A stretch of DNA of 63,776 nt, filler included, from Candidatus Ancaeobacter aquaticus (GTDB taxonomy: Bacteria > Auribacterota > Ancaeobacteria > Ancaeobacterales > Ancaeobacteraceae), in assembly GCA_030765405.1 (NCBI GenBank). It is 5 parts of 5 records of this genome, joined end to end, with 100 filler letters (N's around TTAATTAATTAA, not from the genome) between each part and the next. Parts side by side here need not be neighbours in the genome. Positions count along the whole stretch, not along the records: positions 1 to 13,152 come from JAVCCP010000038.1; positions 13,253 to 37,098 come from JAVCCP010000044.1; 3 more parts are not named here. One strand, given 5' to 3'. Below the pieces are notes generated by a model. It saw nothing but the letters and a program-made list of their open reading frames with translations. It was not told where the DNA came from and searched no databases. A program made the position numbers and the translations under genes. Of the stretch, positions 8,297-17,674 are shown piece after piece. The first letter of the stretch is position 1, and each line of letters starts with the position of its first letter.

Positions 8297-10012
8297 ATGA
8301 AACCGAAACGTCTAAAAAAATTGATACGTGTTATAACGGCCATTTTCTTTCTTCTTTTTATCACCTACGCATTTATTCTTGCTCCATTTGATATTATCAC
8401 TAATGCAAAGTTAAAGACGCTTGATGTTTTCTTTCGATTGTCACACGTAGTAAAGCCCTTACCGTCGCAGATTAATGACATAGTAGTTGTTGCTATTGAC
8501 GATGTGTCTCTTCAACAGGCAAATCGAAAGTGGCCCTGGGACAGAGATGTGTATGCAACCATGGTCAACACCATCAAGAAGGGAGAGCCCAAGGTTATTG
8601 GTTTTGATATTATTTTTATCGGCGAAAGCGCTGATCGAAAAAATGATACATTATTCAAAAATGCTCTTAAGGAGACAGGTAATATAGTTTTAGCCTCATA
8701 CTATTCTGATAATGGGGAGCATATTCTTCCACATGCCCCTTTTCTGGAAGCTGCACGTTCACACGGGCCAATAAATAAACCAAGAGACATGGATTACCGG
8801 GTGAGGAATACCCGTCTTTTTATTCGGGATAAAAAAGGCTCAAAGGATGTTATAGAATATTCTTTTGGGGTAAAAATATTGTGCGAATATTATGGATGTG
8901 ATCAAGAAGACATTTTTTATAATGGAAAGGCAGTATTATTGAGAAAAAAGGGAACTCCAGAGCCTCTTGCATCAATTCCTGTTCGTTCCGATGGGACGGC
9001 AAAAATAAATTATCTTGCGGATACAAAGAATTTTACCATTATTCCCGCGTGGAGAATCCTTAACGGAAAATTTAATATTGATGAGGTTAAGGGTAAGATA
9101 GTTCTCATCGGTCAGACAAATGAGATTATACATGATGTATATCCCACACCGCTCATGGACATGCCGGGGGTCCTTATGAATGCAAACAGTATTTTAACCG
9201 TATTATCAAAAAGATATATCAAAACTGTTCCTCCTATTGTTGATTCTGTGATACTTATTTTATTTTCGATAATAGCCGTTCTCATTGCGTATAAATTTAC
9301 AGCGATCAAGGGATTTATCTTTATTGTTGTTGAAATAATATCATTTTTGACCGTGAGTGCATTTTTGTTTTATAAAAATTATATCGGTGATTTTTTCAGT
9401 GTCTTGTTTTGCATTGTGATTATATATATAGCCGTCATATTTTATAAATACATTCGTTTATTACTTGAGAGTATGGAACTCAAACAGGATGCAATTACCG
9501 ATGGACTGACAGGTTTATATATAATGAGATATTTTAGTCTGCGTTTGCAGAACGAATTTGAACGTGCAAAAAGGTATGATTCAAAACTATCATTGGTTAT
9601 GATGGATATCGATCACTTTAAGAAATTTAATGACACCTATGGACATGAGAAGGGAAATATCGTGCTGAAAGGTGTTGCTGAAACAATGAGAGATACATTC
9701 AGAAAGTCAGATATTCTTGTGCGATATGGAGGTGAGGAGTTTTGTGCGCTCTTGCCTGGTGTTGGACGGGGTGAGGCGTTTGAAAGTGCTGAGCGTTTTA
9801 GGAGACGTTTGTTCAGTATCCCGTTTCATATTGATGGAGACATGGTGCATGTATCTGTGAGTGTTGGGCTTGTTTCGTTTCCGGACACATTTATTGATAC
9901 GAGCAAAGATTTTATTGAGTTTGCTGATCAGGCGCTCTATAAAGCAAAAAATGCAGGTAGAAACAAAACGATATACTTTAATCCTAAAGTTGATACAAAA
10001 AATAAGAAGTGA
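8297..10012 (+). CDS. CHASE2-domain membrane diguanylate cyclase
   Basis: CHASE2 motifs (IVVVAIDD, WPWDR, MPGVLMNAN), TM helices, GGEEF active site with RKSD (RxxD) I-site. Confidence 0.92.
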   Translation: MKPKRLKKLIRVITAIFFLLFITYAFILAPFDIITNAKLKTLDVFFRLSHVVKPLPSQINDIVVVAIDDVSLQQANRKWPWDRDVYATMVNTIKKGEPKVIGFDIIFIGESADRKNDTLFKNALKETGNIVLASYYSDNGEHILPHAPFLEAARSHGPINKPRDMDYRVRNTRLFIRDKKGSKDVIEYSFGVKILCEYYGCDQEDIFYNGKAVLLRKKGTPEPLASIPVRSDGTAKINYLADTKNFTIIPAWRILNGKFNIDEVKGKIVLIGQTNEIIHDVYPTPLMDMPGVLMNANSILTVLSKRYIKTVPPIVDSVILILFSIIAVLIAYKFTAIKGFIFIVVEIISFLTVSAFLFYKNYIGDFFSVLFCIVIIYIAVIFYKYIRLLLESMELKQDAITDGLTGLYIMRYFSLRLQNEFERAKRYDSKLSLVMMDIDHFKKFNDTYGHEKGNIVLKGVAETMRDTFRKSDILVRYGGEEFCALLPGVGRGEAFESAERFRRRLFSIPFHIDGDMVHVSVSVGLVSFPDTFIDTSKDFIEFADQALYKAKNAGRNKTIYFNPKVDTKNKK

Positions 10013-10018
10013 TCTTAT

Positions 10019-11074
10019 TTAAGATTTTGATTTCTTGCTCGGTGCTGCAGGTAGACGATTTGTTGTGCCAAAGAATGATCGAATTGCTTTTAATAAATCT
10101 TTCTGCTTATTCCATAATTCTTCATAATTTTTCAAATCTTGTGAATATATAAATATTTCATCAATATAATTAACCAGAGAAGTGGTCTTTGCAAGTAGTG
10201 GTTTGAGTTTCTCTCTGTTTTCCGGTAGCTTTGCTATGACTTCATGCAGGTCTTTTGCGCATTCGTAAAACGTTTCACTATGTCGCGCGAGATCATTACC
10301 CCCGAGAATACGTGCATAATTTGAGGTTGTTATATTGTTTTTGAATGTTTTTGCGTCTGATACGAGTTGTGCGGATAATGAATCTATACGACTCATTTCT
10401 TTTGAGTAAAACTGTTCATTGTTTTTCCACCAAGTGTTGATTCTTTTTTGTGCAGCTATCCTGTTGAAGTTAGTTTCATTTCTCCTGTAAAAGAATGTGT
10501 TTCCCGTTATTCTGTTTAATGCCTTAACAACATCGTATCTGTAATTATCATATATATCATTAGGAAAAAGCCAATAGCCTATTCCTTCCGCAAGTGGTCG
10601 CGGCTGGTTCAGTGCCTTAATCAAAGCCGGAACGACTGATCTATCGCCAATATTAAAGAGAACTTTGGCGGCCGCTTCCTTAACTTTTTCATTTTTGTCT
10701 GTTAAAAGCAGCTGAGTGACTTTTGGTAAACATGTTTTATTGCCGATCTCAGCAAGGAGCTCACATGTTGTTACACGCACATAGGGTCTTTTATCCTCCA
10801 AAAGTGGTATAAGATCCGGCACTATTGAGGTGTCGCCCTGCATTCTTAACTTCCAGAGAACATCAATTCTGGTGTCTTTTTTTTCGTTGGTGAGTGAATG
10901 TATAAGCTTTGCAAAAGTTTCTTTATCAAATGTATCGTCAGCACTTTTTGTTTCCGTCTTTATCATTTCAGGCCCGAAATGGGTGATCCTTTCTTCTGCA
11001 TGAACATGGGCTATAGGAATAAAACCGCTTATCATAAAAATGCTTATACATAAAAATGTGTATTGTTTTTTCAT
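10019..11074 (-). CDS. Secreted HEAT/PBS-lyase repeat protein
   Basis: Signal peptide; repeats such as IVPDLIPLLEDKRPYVRVTTCELLAEIG and VVPALIKAL. Confidence 0.8.
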   Translation of the reverse strand: MKKQYTFLCISIFMISGFIPIAHVHAEERITHFGPEMIKTETKSADDTFDKETFAKLIHSLTNEKKDTRIDVLWKLRMQGDTSIVPDLIPLLEDKRPYVRVTTCELLAEIGNKTCLPKVTQLLLTDKNEKVKEAAAKVLFNIGDRSVVPALIKALNQPRPLAEGIGYWLFPNDIYDNYRYDVVKALNRITGNTFFYRRNETNFNRIAAQKRINTWWKNNEQFYSKEMSRIDSLSAQLVSDAKTFKNNITTSNYARILGGNDLARHSETFYECAKDLHEVIAKLPENREKLKPLLAKTTSLVNYIDEIFIYSQDLKNYEELWNKQKDLLKAIRSFFGTTNRLPAAPSKKSKS

Positions 11075-11084
11075 GGTTTTCTGT

Positions 11085-11630
11085 TTAGCTTTTCTGCTCT
11101 GTGAGGCACTCTTCTACGTAATTTGCGAGAATTTTTTTTGCCTCTTCATCTATTTGGTTAAAAACTATTCCTAGTGAATGTAGTTTTTCAATTGTATCTT
11201 CTTCTGTTCTTACAACGGTACCGATTATAATAAGTGGTCGCGCAGCTTTATCCGCAGGGATTTTTAGCTCTAAGCTTTCACCGATCGTGATATTCCTATC
11301 AGTGCTGATAAAAATGCCCCGTTCACTTAAATCTTTTGCGTTTCCAGTAAAGTAGGTGCGGGTATCTTTCTCGGAAGAATTGATAATTCGGTATTTTATT
11401 GCCATAGGAAAATGTATGCGAGGAGTCCTACGTTTTTCAGGAGCAGTGAACTTACCTAGTTTTGATTTGAAAAAATTACGATATTTCAGTCGTGTTTTTC
11501 TTCTGTCCTTTGAAAATAAACTGCTAAAACAGAGAAGCCAAAGAAGTGATACAATGACCATAAGGGCAATACGTAATGGATTAACCGTTTTCCATGAAGT
11601 TAAAAATAATGTCATTATTATAGGATGCAT
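11085..11630 (-). CDS. Membrane-anchored PilZ-domain (c-di-GMP receptor) protein
   Basis: N-terminal TM; RxxxR (EKRRTPR) and DxSxxG (DLSERG) motifs. Confidence 0.88.
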   Translation of the reverse strand: MHPIIMTLFLTSWKTVNPLRIALMVIVSLLWLLCFSSLFSKDRRKTRLKYRNFFKSKLGKFTAPEKRRTPRIHFPMAIKYRIINSSEKDTRTYFTGNAKDLSERGIFISTDRNITIGESLELKIPADKAARPLIIIGTVVRTEEDTIEKLHSLGIVFNQIDEEAKKILANYVEECLTEQKS

Positions 11631-11768
11631 AATTAGGAATATAATATATAGTCTTTAATGTGTTAAGGTAAAAAACAAAAAAATACGTAAATAGTTAAAA
11701 AAAATATTTCATATTTTTACTAAATTGCTATAATTACTACTCAATATAAAGTATGGAGATTCTATCAT

Positions 11769-11987
11769 ATGTTATTAAAAAGTAAAGTGCTTTTACTCTT
11801 TGTTCTTGTTTGCCTTACTATTGGTGGTTGTGCTACCACGCAAGAAGACATAAAGGTGAAAACATGTCCTGCTGAGATTCAATACGTGTGCGCGGGATGT
11901 GGAAACAAAATTAAGCGTGATGGAGAGATGACTAAAGGCTTTATGTCTGCATGTCCACGATGCGGTAAAAAGTTTTTAGCGTTCTAA
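11769..11987 (+). CDS. Small lipoprotein with zinc-ribbon motifs
   Basis: Lipobox-like IGGC; CAGC and CPRC pairs. Confidence 0.65.
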   Translation: MLLKSKVLLLFVLVCLTIGGCATTQEDIKVKTCPAEIQYVCAGCGNKIKRDGEMTKGFMSACPRCGKKFLAF

Positions 11988-12021
11988 AATAATAGTACGA
12001 AAATCACTAAAAAGGGTTCTC

Positions 12022-12942
12022 ATGAATAAAATGAATACGTTTTTAAGTAAAGTGTGTATTTGTATTATCATCGTATGTGGCGTGTTGCTAAAAGCGAACG
12101 TGATTTTTGCGCTGTATCCTGAAGATAGGGTAAAAGCAAAAAAAATGGCTCATTCATTGGAACAACGTGCGGATACGCTTTTTAATCAGTGTGTCCCTTT
12201 TTTTGGAAAACAAAAAAAATTACGACTCGGTGGGGCTGAAGAATTAGGCTGGCGTATACACGATTTCTTGGAGGAAGCGAGAAAACTTGATGGTATGGCA
12301 GGTGATTATTACAAGAACAAACGTGATATAGATGTGCTCTTGCCTACTATGAATAGACAAATAAAGGATATTGATGAAGCTTTTATTTTTACTAAAGTTT
12401 CCGATAAAATAAAAAAGCAATGGACAACTACCAAAAACACCTATTATCGGTTGGAAGTGCTTTTACAAAAAAAAGTTAAGAAAGTAAGCGCTGATGTAGA
12501 GTCGAGGCTAAGATTTGCTGTTACTAAAGTTAATCGGATTGAAAAAAAATATGTATTACGTGAGCTTCTCAAGAACTTTCTTGGTGGAAGTGAGCTCGAA
12601 AAATTCCCTTTCCCTTATGAAAAGAAATACCTTGATCCTGAACAGATTGGAGAACACTTTATATTGTCGTGGGACTGTGGTGGGGTAAAACGACTTGATA
12701 AACCGCTTATTTTGCGTTTTGAGTATATATTTAAGAATAGTAAAAATAACGGTTTTACCGAAGAAGTCTATCAAAATGAAAAGAGCGGTGGACATACATA
12801 CATATATAAAAACATCGGTGCAGATTATTCAACCAGAGGAAAAATTCTCCATTGGAGAGCTATCATTATATACGATAATAAGATTGTTGCTGAAAAACTA
12901 TCATCGATGTGGAATGTGGTCGCTCAAGAGTCTTTCCAATAA
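12022..12942 (+). CDS. Hypothetical exported protein
   Basis: 306-aa ORF with an N-terminal hydrophobic signal; no family recognised. Confidence 0.6.
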   Translation: MNKMNTFLSKVCICIIIVCGVLLKANVIFALYPEDRVKAKKMAHSLEQRADTLFNQCVPFFGKQKKLRLGGAEELGWRIHDFLEEARKLDGMAGDYYKNKRDIDVLLPTMNRQIKDIDEAFIFTKVSDKIKKQWTTTKNTYYRLEVLLQKKVKKVSADVESRLRFAVTKVNRIEKKYVLRELLKNFLGGSELEKFPFPYEKKYLDPEQIGEHFILSWDCGGVKRLDKPLILRFEYIFKNSKNNGFTEEVYQNEKSGGHTYIYKNIGADYSTRGKILHWRAIIIYDNKIVAEKLSSMWNVVAQESFQ

Positions 12943-13025
12943 GATATATTATTTATAAGTATCTGCAGTGCAATATCTTGAAGTATCGATATATTTTACC
13001 TTTCCCTATGAAAATATACAACTTA

Positions 13026-13152
13026 TTTTGTAACCGGTGAGTAAAAGGGGGGTAACAAGATAAAACCAGCTAATTAGAAAAGACCTAAGATTAAAAAACC
13101 GAGCCGAAAAGTTTTTATACTTCCGGTTTATTTTTTTATGTTGACAGTATCA
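13026..13152 (+). mobile_element. End of a collapsed multicopy element (IS-like), copy 1
   Basis: 127 bp identical to 36972-37098; both run into an assembly gap; begins (TTTT)GTAACCGG and contains TTGACA. Confidence 0.65.
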
Positions 13153-13252
13153 NNNNNNNNNNNNNNNNNNNNNNNNNNNNNNNNNNNNNNNNNNNNTTAA
13201 TTAATTAANNNNNNNNNNNNNNNNNNNNNNNNNNNNNNNNNNNNNNNNNNNN
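13153..13252. other. Artificial scaffold spacer (N44-TTAATTAATTAA-N44); also at 37099-37198, 51960-52059, 60674-60773
   Basis: Identical 100-nt N blocks with a six-frame stop linker. Confidence 0.97.
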
Positions 13253-13373
13253 CCAGATCATATGATACCGCAATTATATATTCAATATGGGCATCACGAG
13301 CACGTTTTAAGACATCTTCACGATCACTATCAAATACAGGATCAGTCAGATGAGCATGGGTATCTATAATCAT
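13253..13373 (-). CDS. tatD: TatD-family hydrolase, 5' fragment truncated by the gap
   Basis: Manual translation MIIDTHAHLTDPVFDSDREDVLKRARDAHIEYIIAVSYDL (DTHAH motif); follows metG as is typical. Confidence 0.88.
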
Positions 13374-13382
13374 ATGTATATT

Positions 13383-13430
13383 TAAGTTGTAAGCTATAAG
13401 CTATAAATGTTTTTTATCGCTTACAGCTAT
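13383..13430. repeat. Short inverted heptamer array (AAGCTAT-type)
   Basis: AAGTTGT AAGCTAT AAGCTAT ... ATCGCTT ACAGCTA between metG and tatD. Confidence 0.55.
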
Positions 13431-13439
13431 CTTTTATTA

Positions 13440-14969
13440 TTATTTTTCAATCTTTGGAAACAATGGTGTCAGCTTACCAATCGCTGTACCGTCCTTAATG
13501 CCACCCCAGAGGAGTGCGTCCGTTTGAACCAGTGAATCAAATGCTTGAGGCAGTCCCAGCTGCGCGGATATCTCTTTAGCTTTTTCAGGCATATACGGAT
13601 AAAGAATCACTGAACAAAGACGGACCACTTCACATAGATTATACAGTACTGTATGAAGCCTTTCATAATTCTGTTCTTTTGCTAGCGTCCAGGGTGCATT
13701 ATTTTCTACATACCGGTTAGCAGATTGAATAACTGACCATAACTTTACAAGTATGCCGCTAAAATCAAGCAAATCAACCTGTTTCTCAAGCAATGATAGA
13801 AGCGTCTGGGCCTTTTCTTTAATCTCAAAGTCTTTTTCTGTTATTTCACCTGCTTTTGGTATGACTCCCCCGCAGTATCGAGACACCATTGACAATGATC
13901 TCGAAACAAGGTTACCAAGATCATTTGCCAAATCAGCATTATAACGATTCGTAAAACTTTCCCACGAAAAATCACCATCTCTATCAAAGGGTATCTCTCT
14001 CATAAGAAAATAACGCAGTGCGTCCGCGCCATGCTTATCGCATATATCAATGGGGTCAACAGTACGTCCCTCAGTTTTACTCATTTTCCCGCCTTCAATA
14101 TACACAAACCCGTGGCCAAAAACACTTTTGGGAAGTTCAAGCCCGGCACTCATCAACATTGCCGGCCAGATAATGCAATGAAATCGTGTAATATCTTTTC
14201 CTATAATATGAACATCACACGGCCAATATTTTTTTAATCGATCCTCATTATCGGAAAAACCGCACCCTGACAGATAATTTATCAATGCATCAAACCAAAC
14301 ATACAATACATGCGTATCATCAAAAGGTAGCGGTATCCCCCATCCTACCGATGATCGTGTAACACTAATATCTTCAAGTCCGCCTTTTATAACATTGATC
14401 ATTTCGTTTTTTCTGATCTCAGGCCTGATAAAATCCTTGTTGTTTTCGATATACTCTAATAACTTGTCCCCGTATCGAGATAGCGCAAAAAAATAATTTT
14501 TTTCAACGACCCAGTCAGGTTTACGTTTATGAACCGGGCACATACCATCTTCCAGATCTTTATCTTTCATGAACGCTTCACATGAAACACAATACCATCC
14601 TTTATATTCACCCTGATAAATATCGTTTTTATCATTTATCCTTTTGAACATTTCCTGCACGGTATCAATATGGCGTTTCTCTGTTGTACGAATAAAATCA
14701 TCAAATGAAATATGCAAATGACTCCACGCATCCTTGAATTTTGCGATCATATCATCGCAATATGCGTTCGGCGTCATGTTCATTTCCTTAGCCTGTTTCT
14801 CGACATTAAGACTGTGTTCGTCAGTGCCCATTAAGAAAAATGTTTCATATCCAAACATTCGTTTAAAACGTGCAAGCACATCAGCGCCAATTTTTTCATA
14901 GGCTGTCCCCAAGTGAGGACTGCTATTGACATAATCGATTGCTGTTGTGACATAAAAACGTTTTTTCAT
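13440..14969 (-). CDS. metG: Methionine--tRNA ligase (short form, no C-terminal dimerisation domain)
   Basis: YVTTAIDYVN, HLGTAY, CVSC/CPVH knuckle, KMSKT. Confidence 0.96.
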   Translation of the reverse strand: MKKRFYVTTAIDYVNSSPHLGTAYEKIGADVLARFKRMFGYETFFLMGTDEHSLNVEKQAKEMNMTPNAYCDDMIAKFKDAWSHLHISFDDFIRTTEKRHIDTVQEMFKRINDKNDIYQGEYKGWYCVSCEAFMKDKDLEDGMCPVHKRKPDWVVEKNYFFALSRYGDKLLEYIENNKDFIRPEIRKNEMINVIKGGLEDISVTRSSVGWGIPLPFDDTHVLYVWFDALINYLSGCGFSDNEDRLKKYWPCDVHIIGKDITRFHCIIWPAMLMSAGLELPKSVFGHGFVYIEGGKMSKTEGRTVDPIDICDKHGADALRYFLMREIPFDRDGDFSWESFTNRYNADLANDLGNLVSRSLSMVSRYCGGVIPKAGEITEKDFEIKEKAQTLLSLLEKQVDLLDFSGILVKLWSVIQSANRYVENNAPWTLAKEQNYERLHTVLYNLCEVVRLCSVILYPYMPEKAKEISAQLGLPQAFDSLVQTDALLWGGIKDGTAIGKLTPLFPKIEK

Positions 14970-14982
14970 AATTGAGAATCCA

Positions 14983-15834
14983 CTATTGTTTTTTGTTTTT
15001 ACCTGAGTCTTTTGATTCTGCCTTCAGTATTGTTAACTCTTTGACCGGAACATCCATCGTCCTGTCATTTTCAATCTCTACCATAACCGTCTGTCTCAGA
15101 ATATTAAGATTAACCACTTTACCATCACCGTATTTTGTACGCACCAATGTTCCTTCTCGCGGCAAACATTTCTCGAGATGCTTATATGTCTTAAACTCAT
15201 ACTTAAGACAGCACATAAGCCGTCCGCATAAGCCTGATATCTTGTTTGGATTTAGTGATAGGCGCTGTACTTTCGCCATTTTTATATTTACCGGATCGAA
15301 ATCTTTCAGAAACTGCGCGCAACACAACTTTCTTCCGCAGCAGCCGATCCCACCAAGTATTTTTGCTTCATCACGCACACCTATTTGTCTCATTTCAATA
15401 CGTGCTTTAAATACATTTGCGAGATCTTTAACCAGTTCTCTAAAATCTATTCGTCCATCAGCGGTAAAATAGAAAACGATTCGTGATCGATCAAAAGTAT
15501 ATTCAACATCAACAAGCTTCATTTGCAGTTTGTGTGTCAGCATTTTTTGCTGACAGGTTTGAAACGCTTCTTTTGCGGAACTCTTATTTGATTCAATTTT
15601 TTTCATATCTTCAGGTGTTACTTTACGAACATTTTTGTGAAGCGGTTTCTCAACATCAGCATCAAGAAATGATTCAGGATCGCCAATAACTTCCCCATAA
15701 TCAACGCCTCGTTCTGATTCAGCAATAACATAATCACCGATAACCGTTTCAATATCGTTTACCATGCAAAAATGTGTTTTACCTTCTTCTCTCATCCTGA
15801 CTTGTACAAATTTCTCCATATATTCTCCAAACAC
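14983..15834 (-). CDS. yaaT: PSP1-domain protein (YaaT/RicT family)
   Basis: FYFTADGRIDFRELVKDL, GCCGRKLCC, SGLCGRLMCCLKYE. Confidence 0.92.
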   Translation of the reverse strand: MFGEYMEKFVQVRMREEGKTHFCMVNDIETVIGDYVIAESERGVDYGEVIGDPESFLDADVEKPLHKNVRKVTPEDMKKIESNKSSAKEAFQTCQQKMLTHKLQMKLVDVEYTFDRSRIVFYFTADGRIDFRELVKDLANVFKARIEMRQIGVRDEAKILGGIGCCGRKLCCAQFLKDFDPVNIKMAKVQRLSLNPNKISGLCGRLMCCLKYEFKTYKHLEKCLPREGTLVRTKYGDGKVVNLNILRQTVMVEIENDRTMDVPVKELTILKAESKDSGKNKKQ

Positions 15835-15884
15835 GTAATCTTCTATTTAAACATCATTACATATCAGAGACCGCCTCCAATACT

Positions 15885-16967
15885 TTAGGCGGCTTCCCCG
15901 ATCTTTAAAAACAAACATTCTAAGGCCAGTTTCAGATTGCCATTACCCATAATAGCATTTTTTACATATTCAATTGACTCAATGATAACCTCAAGTCTTT
16001 CGAGTGTATATTTTTCTGCAAGCGTGTCAATGACTTCCCGATGATCAACATTAACAATGTACGATCCGCTGGCCACTTTACAGGCTACGATATCCCTATA
16101 AAGCAGTATAAGAAACCGCAGCATTTCAATTATCTCATCTTTAAAAGCTCCTTCAATATACGCTTTATCAATATCAGTAATTTCACCCCTTGATTCCTTT
16201 ATCTCGTCTTCTTGCTTGTCCTTTTCATCACGCAATGCATCTAACATTCCTTCAACAAAACTCACCACATGTGTGATCGAGCAACATTTACCTGATACTA
16301 TCTCTTCAAGCACCATTTTTCTTCTGGCCATATACTCGCTATTTAAGATGGTTTCAATCCTACCGATCCTTCCCGCTGCAATAGCGCTATAGAGCTCAAT
16401 ATCACTTTCATCTAGATTATACCTTTGCCTCAGTATATCTTCTATATATTTTACCGATACCGGATTAAAATCAATGATTTGACATCGCGAAGAGATTGTT
16501 GGTAAAACAGAATCCTTATGTGAGGTCGTCAGAACAAATACCGTATCAGCCGGCGGTTCTTCAAGTGTCTTTAAAAGCGCATTACTTGCCGCAGGATTCA
16601 TAAGGTCAACATCTGAGATAATAAATACTTTTTTTCTGGCTTCATACGGCTTAAGATATGCACTTTTTGTTATTTCTCTGGCTGATTCGATTTTAATCAA
16701 ACGTGATGTCCCACTCGGCCCGTACCATTTTACATCCGCATGATTCATCCCATTTATTTTTTTGCAACTCTCGCATGTATCGCACGAGTCCATATCTCTT
16801 TGGGTACAATTAAGTGCCTTAGCGAATTGTAGCGCAACAAAACGTTTCCCAACACCACGCACACCGCAATATAAATACGCATGCCCTACCTTACCGGTCG
16901 ATATGCTATTTAAAAGTCTACTTACAATAGATTCATGTCCGAGTACATCCTTAAACGACATATTCAC
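15885..16967 (-). CDS. holB: DNA polymerase III delta' subunit
   Basis: HAYLYCG, zinc motif CDTCESC, NALLKTLEEPP, TISSRCQ. Confidence 0.93.
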   Translation of the reverse strand: MNMSFKDVLGHESIVSRLLNSISTGKVGHAYLYCGVRGVGKRFVALQFAKALNCTQRDMDSCDTCESCKKINGMNHADVKWYGPSGTSRLIKIESAREITKSAYLKPYEARKKVFIISDVDLMNPAASNALLKTLEEPPADTVFVLTTSHKDSVLPTISSRCQIIDFNPVSVKYIEDILRQRYNLDESDIELYSAIAAGRIGRIETILNSEYMARRKMVLEEIVSGKCCSITHVVSFVEGMLDALRDEKDKQEDEIKESRGEITDIDKAYIEGAFKDEIIEMLRFLILLYRDIVACKVASGSYIVNVDHREVIDTLAEKYTLERLEVIIESIEYVKNAIMGNGNLKLALECLFLKIGEAA

Positions 16968-16972
16968 CCCTA

Positions 16973-17635
16973 TTAAAACCGAAATATTTTTTTTCTTTTT
17001 AACAACATATTGACGTTCGCAATAATGCTTTTGTGTATATCATGCAGTTCGAGCGAACCATCAAGGATCACACATCTTTTAGGCTCTTTCTTTGCAAGAC
17101 TCTTAAACCCTTCTCGAATATGTTCATGAAAAAGTTCTGTCTCAGCTTCAATGCGATCGAGCGTTCCTTTCGGGGCATGTTCCTTTTCGAGATGTGCCGA
17201 TCTTTTTAACCCGGTATAAATATCTATATCGATTATGAATGTTCTATCAGGCATAATTTTCTGAGTAGCTATTTTGTTCGCTTTAACAATAAAGTCTTTT
17301 TCAATACCTCTTCCATATCCTTGATACACAAAAGTAGAATCAATAAATCTGTCACAAATAACAACAGCACCATCTTCAATATGCGGTTTCACTACTGTAT
17401 CAACATGCTGTGCACGATCAGCCAAATAAAGAAATAATTCAGTGATATCAGTGATCCCTTCATACGACTTATTTAGAACAAGCTCTCTGATCTTCTTGCC
17501 TAAGAACGTCCCTCCTGGTTCTCTTGACATAAAGACTCGATAGCCCCTTTTGCGCAGGTAATCAAATACTAGTTGTGCTTGTGTTGATTTACCGCATCCT
17601 TCAATACCTTCAAATGTTAAGAGAACGCCTTTCAT
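16973..17635 (-). CDS. tmk: Thymidylate kinase
   Basis: FEGIEGCGKST, REPGG, CDRF. Confidence 0.96.
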   Translation of the reverse strand: MKGVLLTFEGIEGCGKSTQAQLVFDYLRKRGYRVFMSREPGGTFLGKKIRELVLNKSYEGITDITELFLYLADRAQHVDTVVKPHIEDGAVVICDRFIDSTFVYQGYGRGIEKDFIVKANKIATQKIMPDRTFIIDIDIYTGLKRSAHLEKEHAPKGTLDRIEAETELFHEHIREGFKSLAKKEPKRCVILDGSLELHDIHKSIIANVNMLLKRKKIFRF

Positions 17636-17674
17636 AAATACCTTTCATTAATATCACTATTTTATTTCAGCTCT

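Noticed and set aside
13153..13252. TTAATTAATTAA palindrome within N runs, and any gene linkage across the four gaps
   Set aside because: Artificial contig linker; cross-gap neighbourhoods, such as the SBP next to the giant gene or RloC next to Aas, are not evidence of biological clustering.
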